DNA of 64,000 bases. It comes from Marinoscillum sp. GTDB lineage: Bacteria; Bacteroidota; Bacteroidia; Cytophagales; Cyclobacteriaceae. The notes under the pieces are model-generated. The model saw nothing but the letters and a program-made list of their open reading frames with translations. It was not told the DNA's origin and did no database searches. Positions within the stretch are counted from its first letter, which is position 1. Each line of letters starts with the position of its first letter. Location of the stretch: positions 17,946 to 81,945 of the forward strand of contig JAVJQA010000035.1 of NCBI GenBank assembly GCA_040218045.1. Direction: 5' to 3'. Shown in pieces: positions 57,840 through 64,000 of this stretch. The position numbers were made by a program, and so were the translations under genes.

Positions 57840-60800
57840 ATGATAAAGCAAATCCTATTACCATTGATGATGGTTGCCCTTTTGAGTTTATATACTCAAG
57901 CTCAAACCGATAATTCACAACTCGGAAAGTATCTCGCCAAGATGAAGGAAACTTCACAGAATAAGGATAAACCACAAGCCCGGATCCAGTTTGACCTGCT
58001 CCGTACAGTAGATCCGGTTACTGGTAAACTGCCAAAAGATATTCGTAAACATGAGTTACAATTTCATGAAGCAAATTTTAAAGGCAAAGGTTCATTTACT
58101 AGAGATAATCTTACCAATTGGACAAACAGAGGCCCCTACAATGTAGGAGGAAGAACGAGGGCTCTTGCCATAGATGTAAGTAATGAAAACGTGATACTTG
58201 CCGGTGGTGTATCTGGTGGAATGTGGCGGTCAAGTGATGGTGGACAGAGCTGGACAAAAACTACCGGAAGCAATGAATTACAGAGTGTCACTGGAATTGC
58301 TCAAGATACCCGAACCGGACACACAAACACGTGGTATTACATCACTGGTGAATATTCTGGTAATTCGGCCTCAGGGACAGGTGCATTTTTTATTGGTAAT
58401 GGCATATATAAATCAGTGGATGGTGGGCTTACCTGGAGTGCCCTTTCCAGCACTACTACTGAAAATCCGCAAAGTTGGAATACTGCCTTTGAGATTAACC
58501 ATGAGATAGTTGTCGATCCTTCATCTGGTAATGTTCTTCTGGCTAATTACTTTGGATTGTACTTATCTGTAGATGGAGGTAATAGCTGGACACAAACTTT
58601 AGACAATGTTTCAAATGGCCAGTGGGCCGATGTGGTAGTAAGTTCAACGGGAACTGCATATGCCTATTTAGCTACTGTTGGAGTCCTTAAATCGACTGAT
58701 AATGGAGCCAACTGGTCAGACATCTCAGCAGCGGGATTCCCATCACTGGCCTCTGGTGACAGAGGAGAATTAGCTCTGGCCGCATCCAATGAAGATATTT
58801 TATACCTTTTGCTGGAAGACCCTGATCATGATTCTGGGCATGGACTCTGGAGGTATGATGGTGGAGCAGAGAGCTGGATTGATCGCTCAAGTAACATTCC
58901 TCAGGAAGGAGGTCAAACAGGTGATTTTGACACCCAGGGAGGCTATGACGTTTTACTCAAGGTTAAGCCGGATAATGAAAATTTTGTAATTATAGGAGGT
59001 ACTAACCTGTATAGATCTACTGATGGCTTTGCGAGTACTACAAATACAGATTGGATTGGTGGATATACCCCGAATAATAATTCTTACGCACTTTATCAAA
59101 ATCACCATCCGGATCAACACAGTTTTGTTTTTTATCCTTCTGATCCTAGAAAAGTAATTTCGGGTAATGATGGGGGACTACAATTTACAGCTGATGTAAC
59201 TTCAAATGTAACAGCTACGCATCCGATTACCTGGACTCCTTTGAACAATGGATATCTAACAACCCAGATCTATGCGTTATCGATCGGACCACAAGATCAG
59301 ATTTTGATCGGATTGCAGGATAATGGAACCTGGTTTACAGCTTCTGACAATCCAACTGCTACATGGTCAAGCCCCTTCGGTGGTGATGGCGCCTATAGTG
59401 CTATGGCAAGTGATGGCGCTATGCGGTATATGTCTTCTCAGCAAGGTAACATTTATAGAATTCCGCATGACAATGCCAACGATGCTGGTCCTAACAATTT
59501 TATTCAATTTTATCCCAATGATTTCTCTGGTGATTACCTGTTCATTACGCCATTTTATTTGGATTATCTTAATGATGAGATTTTTTATTTAGGGGGTACG
59601 AATAAGCCTAACTCGGATACAGAAGAAGAACTTTGGGTAAACACCAGTGCAAGTACAGGTTCATCATCTTCTGGATGGAAGTCAATACCTATTCCCGGGA
59701 TAACAGGTATTATAAGTGAATTTGGTGTAATTGGCAATGGGAGCACTTATTTTGGTACCTCTAGTGGTCAGGTATTTAAGGTTGAAAATGTATTAAACGC
59801 TTCTCCTACAGTAACGAATGTATCTCCTGCAGAAGCTTCTGGTGCTTATGTTTCTGGAATTGGTGTTAATAAGGTTGATCCAGATGAATTAATTGCAGTG
59901 GTATCAAATTACAACGTCAAAAGCATTTTCCACTCAACAGATGGCGGTACTACGTGGACACATGTCAGTGGAAATCTGGAACAAAATGAGGATGGAACTG
60001 GTACAGGGCCGTCAGTAAGAACAGCCACAATTCTAGACGATGGAGCCCTATACATAGTAGGAACGAGTATAGGGGTGTTTACCACTACATCGCTCGATGG
60101 AGCCAACACTGCTTGGACACAGGAAGATGTAGGAAATTTAGGGGCAGTAGTTGTGGAGCATATTGTCTCCAGGAATTCTGATAACCTTGTAGTTGTAGGA
60201 ACACATGGTAACGGTGCTTATTCGGCTACATTGGGTAATTCAGCTGCAATTGATTTGGGAATCTCTTCCATTTCAGCGCCTACATCTGGAATACTCGGTA
60301 CAGAAAGCGTATCTATAAAAGTCACTAATAATGGCTCGGAGGATCAGTCGGGTTATTCTTTGAGCTATGAAGTTAATAGCGTGACTCAACAAACTGTGGC
60401 TGTGACAGAACTCATTCCTGCTGGTAGTACACTTGATTTTACCTTTAGTAATTCATTCGATTTTTCGACAGTTGGTTCCTATACAATCGCTGTGACTGTA
60501 ACCGTGGAAGGTGATGAAAACACTGAGGACAACACACTCTCAGTAATAATCGATAGTGAGTCAGCGCCAGAGCCAGTCACTTTTCCATATGAAGAGGGAT
60601 TTGAGGATGATTCACATGGATGGACTCTCAATGGCTTCTGGGAAGTCGGGACACCGGCCCAGACTTTTATCTCATCTGCTTCAAGTGGTACTGGCGTATT
60701 GATGTCTGATTTGGATGGAAATTACCCCAACGAGGTTTCAGTTTCTGCGAGGCCTCCAGTCATGGATTTTTCAAACCTCATCGAACCGATTGTGGCATTT

Positions 60801-62240
60801 GATATAAAATATGATCTAGAGTCTACCTATGATGGAGTGGTACTGGGTTATCGGGTTAATGATGTTGATAATTTCACGGTTGTTTCCGAAGGTTTGACTA
60901 ACTGGTACAACGACACATTTGAAGCTTTTGGTTCTGAGGGATGGACGGGTAAGTCTGATTATGTCAGGGCCTCGGCAGATCTCTCCTTTTTAGCAGGTGA
61001 GTCCTATGTGGAGTTAGCCTTTTTTCTGCTTTCTGATGATATAATCACTGGTGAAGGAATTGCAATAGATCAGTTTGAAATCTATGATGACAGTGATCTT
61101 GGAACCCTCGATATTACAAATCTCGTAGTGCCAGAGAATGGTGGTGATAACTTTGCAGTAGGTACTTTATCTCTGAGCAGTGGTGAACCAGCTACGTTTA
61201 GTCTTACTGCTGGTACCGGTGATACCAATAACGACCTATTTGAAATCAACGGAGTTACTCTGATCGTTAAAGGATCACTCAATTTCGAAGAAAATAGCAG
61301 TCTTAGCATTCGAGTTGCAAGTGCTACATCAATAGGTACTGTTAATCACCAACTCATAATAACTGTCGAAGATGAGAATGACCTGCCAACAGACTTATCA
61401 ATTACCAACAGTGAGATAGAGGAAAATAGTGCTTTAGGTACTTTAATCGGAACTTTTTTACCAGAAGATGAAGATTTGGAAGACGTGCATACTTATGAGT
61501 TTATTACCGGAACTGGAGATGGAGACAATGGGAGTTTTACCATCGAAGACTCGAATCTTTTAACAAATTCTGAAATTAATTTCGAGAATAAATCTGGATA
61601 CTCTATTAGGGTGAAAGTGACGGATCAAGGTAGTGAAACAGTGGAGAAGGTATTCGTTATTAGTGTCGATGATATCAATGAAGCACCTTCTGACATAGCG
61701 CTGAGCAATAACATAATACCGTCAGATCAGGAAGATGGTCATGAAGTAGGAGAGTTTAGCGCTGTTGACCCTGAAGGAGATGATATCTCATTCAATTTGG
61801 TTGAAAATGAGGAGGACAATGATAAGTTTGTAATCATTGGCAAAGTACTTCAAACCAGTGGCCTTGTCACAGAAGATCCTAATGAGAAGTTCAATATCGT
61901 GGTAGAGTCTTCAGATTCGAAGGGCAGTTTCAATCTAGAGGCATTTGAACTCTCAGTGGAGGAGATCATAATCTTAATGGATCTGGCACAAAAGGGAATT
62001 TCAATTTATCCTAATCCGGCTGCTGATTTCGTTGGCTTTAAGTTTGATAATTCATTTACCGGAAGCCTGAAATTGAAAATTATTAGTTTGGAAGGCAAAG
62101 TTGTTAAAAGACATAGTTGGTCAAAACAAGATCAGAACTTTTCGGATAGAGTGGACCTTAGAGATTTGATAAAAGGTGTCTATCTATTTGAAATCACCAT
62201 GGGTAATCAAGTATTGAAGGGAAAGATTGCGAAGAAATAA
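57840..62240 (+). CDS. giant T9SS-secreted modular surface protein (BNR propellers, CARDB-like, jelly-roll, three cadherin-like repeats, C-terminal sorting domain)
   Basis: 1466 aa. Asp-boxes SSDGGQSWT, SVDGGLTWS, SVDGGNSWT, STDNGANWS, STDGGTTWT. Cadherin-type linkers VEDENDLP and VDDINEAP. Sorting domain ISIYPNPAADFVGFKF...GVYLFEI. Confidence 0.85.
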   Translation: MIKQILLPLMMVALLSLYTQAQTDNSQLGKYLAKMKETSQNKDKPQARIQFDLLRTVDPVTGKLPKDIRKHELQFHEANFKGKGSFTRDNLTNWTNRGPYNVGGRTRALAIDVSNENVILAGGVSGGMWRSSDGGQSWTKTTGSNELQSVTGIAQDTRTGHTNTWYYITGEYSGNSASGTGAFFIGNGIYKSVDGGLTWSALSSTTTENPQSWNTAFEINHEIVVDPSSGNVLLANYFGLYLSVDGGNSWTQTLDNVSNGQWADVVVSSTGTAYAYLATVGVLKSTDNGANWSDISAAGFPSLASGDRGELALAASNEDILYLLLEDPDHDSGHGLWRYDGGAESWIDRSSNIPQEGGQTGDFDTQGGYDVLLKVKPDNENFVIIGGTNLYRSTDGFASTTNTDWIGGYTPNNNSYALYQNHHPDQHSFVFYPSDPRKVISGNDGGLQFTADVTSNVTATHPITWTPLNNGYLTTQIYALSIGPQDQILIGLQDNGTWFTASDNPTATWSSPFGGDGAYSAMASDGAMRYMSSQQGNIYRIPHDNANDAGPNNFIQFYPNDFSGDYLFITPFYLDYLNDEIFYLGGTNKPNSDTEEELWVNTSASTGSSSSGWKSIPIPGITGIISEFGVIGNGSTYFGTSSGQVFKVENVLNASPTVTNVSPAEASGAYVSGIGVNKVDPDELIAVVSNYNVKSIFHSTDGGTTWTHVSGNLEQNEDGTGTGPSVRTATILDDGALYIVGTSIGVFTTTSLDGANTAWTQEDVGNLGAVVVEHIVSRNSDNLVVVGTHGNGAYSATLGNSAAIDLGISSISAPTSGILGTESVSIKVTNNGSEDQSGYSLSYEVNSVTQQTVAVTELIPAGSTLDFTFSNSFDFSTVGSYTIAVTVTVEGDENTEDNTLSVIIDSESAPEPVTFPYEEGFEDDSHGWTLNGFWEVGTPAQTFISSASSGTGVLMSDLDGNYPNEVSVSARPPVMDFSNLIEPIVAFDIKYDLESTYDGVVLGYRVNDVDNFTVVSEGLTNWYNDTFEAFGSEGWTGKSDYVRASADLSFLAGESYVELAFFLLSDDIITGEGIAIDQFEIYDDSDLGTLDITNLVVPENGGDNFAVGTLSLSSGEPATFSLTAGTGDTNNDLFEINGVTLIVKGSLNFEENSSLSIRVASATSIGTVNHQLIITVEDENDLPTDLSITNSEIEENSALGTLIGTFLPEDEDLEDVHTYEFITGTGDGDNGSFTIEDSNLLTNSEINFENKSGYSIRVKVTDQGSETVEKVFVISVDDINEAPSDIALSNNIIPSDQEDGHEVGEFSAVDPEGDDISFNLVENEEDNDKFVIIGKVLQTSGLVTEDPNEKFNIVVESSDSKGSFNLEAFELSVEEIIILMDLAQKGISIYPNPAADFVGFKFDNSFTGSLKLKIISLEGKVVKRHSWSKQDQNFSDRVDLRDLIKGVYLFEITMGNQVLKGKIAKK

Positions 62241-62283
62241 AACATTTACAATTCCCATTAAGGGGTAATGACAAATTACTTGA

Positions 62284-62317
62284 ATAGCATTGGGAGAATC
62301 CCAATGCTATTTTTTTA
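62284..62317 (+). terminator. rho-independent terminator of the adhesin gene
   Basis: ATAGCATTGGGA-GAA-TCCCAATGCTAT, a 12-bp perfect stem, followed by TTTTTTT. Confidence 0.8.
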
Positions 62318-62428
62318 TTTGTCTGTTTTAGAATTCATTATTCATCAGTAAGACCAGCTTTTGAACGGGTAGCAAGAGAAGTAAAAGTCTCGGAAAATAA
62401 ACTAAAAGAATGGGGTGAATCCGCCTGA
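62309..62428 (+). pseudogene. 3' remnant of a paralog of the 56915-57409 membrane-protein gene
   Basis: 62351-62428 translates to RPAFERVAREVKVSENKLKEWGESA*, against RPTFERVAREVKVSEKKLKEWGEASI* at 57329-57409. There is no start codon, and a TAG lies upstream in frame at 62285-62287. Confidence 0.7.
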
Positions 62429-62441
62429 TCTGTGGTTGAAA

Positions 62442-63515
62442 TTATTCCTCAGGAGGGTTACGCCACAACCATTCATAAATATTTCCGGCTCCACCGGTAA
62501 GATCAAAAGTCCTCTCCCATGCCCGATGGGCAACACCTTCATAGGTAGTAAGTTTTATTTTACTGGTATCAGTGTCAGCGCAAGTGAGAAGATAGGTGAA
62601 TGGTATTATTGTTCCAGTTTCATCAGTTGGGGACTTGTCTTTCAATCCATGAAATTCCCAAAAAGCTCGTTCATTCAGGCTGCAGCCATGGACCGCCCAT
62701 GATGCAGTAAACCGGCCGGAGATTAAAATGGAAGCCGCGACTGGTGAATTTTCATAGTAAACCGCGGTGTATCCATCTATTGCAATGGCGCCACAGCTAA
62801 GTCCTGTGAGATAAACTCTGTTTGGATCAATATCATATCGCTCCATAGCAAAATCGATAAACTCTTTCACAAAATCTGGTGTTGCACAGGCGCTGCCTAC
62901 TCCATGAAATCTCGGAGCTAGTATCAGGAAACTATCCTGGACATTTAGAAAGTCTGGGTTGGCCCATGTGTCGTTGCTCACATACCTCAACGGACCATTT
63001 TCGGTTACAGCTTGTTCCAGGCCATTGCTTTCCCCATTTTCGCCAATGCCGTGCCAGTTGATGATTAGTCCGAAGACCTGATGTTTGTCTCCATCGTAGC
63101 CTGCGGGTAGATACTCGCCATAGTGAAAGACTGGTGAGCCATTGTCATCACCAGCAGGCCGAATAGTAAGTCTGGTACTGGGTGGACCTGCAGAATTGTC
63201 ACTATCATCAGCATTGGTTACGTAACCCTCAGGCTGATTGCATGCTATCATGAATACCGCTGGGTCTCCTAAGGTGTCTCCATCCATATCTCGATACCAG
63301 ATAGGAGGGTTAAGGCAGTCCTGATCTTTGTCTAGAGCATTGCCAACAAAACCTACTGGTTGTGTGCAGGCAGTTATAGTGGAATCCGGATTACCCAGTC
63401 CATCCTGGTCTAAATCAGCATACCATGTTTTTTCCATACATGGATCTGGAGATTTTTCATTTGTGCAAGCCAGTACTGCTAATATCAAAGTGATTGAATA
63501 GAAAATGTGCTTCAT
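62442..63515 (-). CDS. lipoprotein alpha/beta-hydrolase (esterase) with two N-terminal Asp-rich Cys-bounded repeats
   Basis: 357 aa with lipobox LAVLACTNE. Repeats WYADLDQDGLGNPDSTITAC and WYRDMDGDTLGDPAVFMIAC. Nucleophile elbow GLSCG. Confidence 0.65.
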   Translation of the reverse strand: MKHIFYSITLILAVLACTNEKSPDPCMEKTWYADLDQDGLGNPDSTITACTQPVGFVGNALDKDQDCLNPPIWYRDMDGDTLGDPAVFMIACNQPEGYVTNADDSDNSAGPPSTRLTIRPAGDDNGSPVFHYGEYLPAGYDGDKHQVFGLIINWHGIGENGESNGLEQAVTENGPLRYVSNDTWANPDFLNVQDSFLILAPRFHGVGSACATPDFVKEFIDFAMERYDIDPNRVYLTGLSCGAIAIDGYTAVYYENSPVAASILISGRFTASWAVHGCSLNERAFWEFHGLKDKSPTDETGTIIPFTYLLTCADTDTSKIKLTTYEGVAHRAWERTFDLTGGAGNIYEWLWRNPPEE

Positions 63516-63600
63516 GTCCCGTCATGTTGAATGACTTAGCCTCGAGTGTTAAATAAGTTGAAGGGCATCTGATCTGGCGACGATCCATAGATTAAACAGC

Positions 63601-63635
63601 AAAACCCCACCTTTGTTAAGTTAAGATGGGGTTTT
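63601..63635 (-). terminator. hairpin terminator of the downstream porin-like gene
   Basis: AAAACCCCACCTT pairs with AAGATGGGGTTTT (one mismatch) around a 9-nt loop, 23 nt after the stop of the minus-strand gene ending at 63658. Confidence 0.5.
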
Positions 63636-63657
63636 GAAAATTACATTTTACTGATAT

Positions 63658-64000
63658 TTATAGAGTGATTCCGAAGGTGATGGCATTGAGTCCATCACTA
63701 CCTGCCGGTCCTTTGTCTCCTGCAAACACATTGTTGAGATCGTAAGTAGCAAATAAGTCTAATCCTTTATAGCCTATTTGTGCCCGTACTCCATATCTGA
63801 AATTTTCGAGATAGTAGTTGCCCTGGGTTTTATCTTTTTGTTTTTTGTCATTTTCATCACGGTAAACAAACTTAGTGTTTCCACCAATTCTATAACCTGC
63901 ATATCCACCTACTCCAAAACGAATACCTTGCTTTTTGTAAGTCCTAAAGCTTACACTTCCTCTTTCTAGGTTTTTTACCCGTCTGCGACCTTTTGCAAAG
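63658..64000 (-). CDS. outer-membrane beta-barrel (porin family) protein, 3' part only
   Basis: Not in the track (no start within the window). The frame is open to the window end by hand translation. The C-terminus ...YAGYRIGGNTKFVYRDENDKKQKDKTQGNYYLENFRYGVRAQIGYKGLDLFATYDLNNVFAGDKGPAGSDGLNAITFGITL* has an alternating beta-strand pattern. Confidence 0.55.
   Translation of the reverse strand, partial: FAKGRRRVKNLERGSVSFRTYKKQGIRFGVGGYAGYRIGGNTKFVYRDENDKKQKDKTQGNYYLENFRYGVRAQIGYKGLDLFATYDLNNVFAGDKGPAGSDGLNAITFGITL

Noticed and set aside
62415-62702. 95-aa plus-strand ORF (GTG start) downstream of the adhesin gene.
   Set aside because: It is almost entirely antisense to the esterase lipoprotein gene and has no motif. 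Only its first few nucleotides overlap the paralog remnant, and in a different frame.
1-64000. A scan of the whole window for CRISPR repeats, IS elements, integrases, tRNA/rRNA genes and phage modules.
   Set aside because: No regularly spaced direct repeats were found. No transposase- or integrase-like ORFs (DDE, tyrosine or serine recombinase motifs) and no tRNA cloverleaves were seen. The only duplicated DNA noted is the ~80-nt gene-end repeat at 57.3/62.4 kb.

Overview
The window is a chromosomal segment of a Bacteroidota genome spanning dnaA. The phylum call (Cytophagia/Flavobacteriia-like) rests on T9SS C-terminal sorting domains, a PorQ-like barrel, a TonB-dependent receptor paired with a surface lipoprotein, a TAnnTTTG-type promoter box and frequent TTG starts. 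I count about 47 protein-coding genes, mostly housekeeping: dnaA, lon, hslU, dxr, rseP, htrA, pyrR-pyrB, purB, ttcA, meaB and methylmalonyl-CoA mutase. Supported features outside the ORF track are: a cobalamin riboswitch (about 19250-19430) in front of a btuB-like receptor; a consensus DnaA box upstream of dnaA; HipB-type operator palindromes; several hairpin terminators; a 57-aa ribbon-helix-helix gene and a possible 40-aa TM micro-ORF; a membrane-protein gene interrupted by an amber codon; and a 3' remnant of a gene paralog. I saw no rRNA, tRNA, CRISPR array, transposase or integrase. No single obvious novel system stands out. The least explained modules are: (1) an SPFH / PH-like membrane protein / RHH operon with a palindromic putative operator; (2) an ABC-2 permease fused to a periplasm-facing M1 peptidase, with its own ATPase; (3) an output-less CHASE2 sensor plus a FecR-like secreted protein inserted between mcm and meaB within a B12 gene neighbourhood; (4) a tight lon / outer-membrane-barrel / hslU cluster with no hslV; (5) a T9SS adhesin cassette bracketed by a gene 3' end and its decayed paralog. 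All protein calls come from motif recognition by eye. No database or HMM search was possible.
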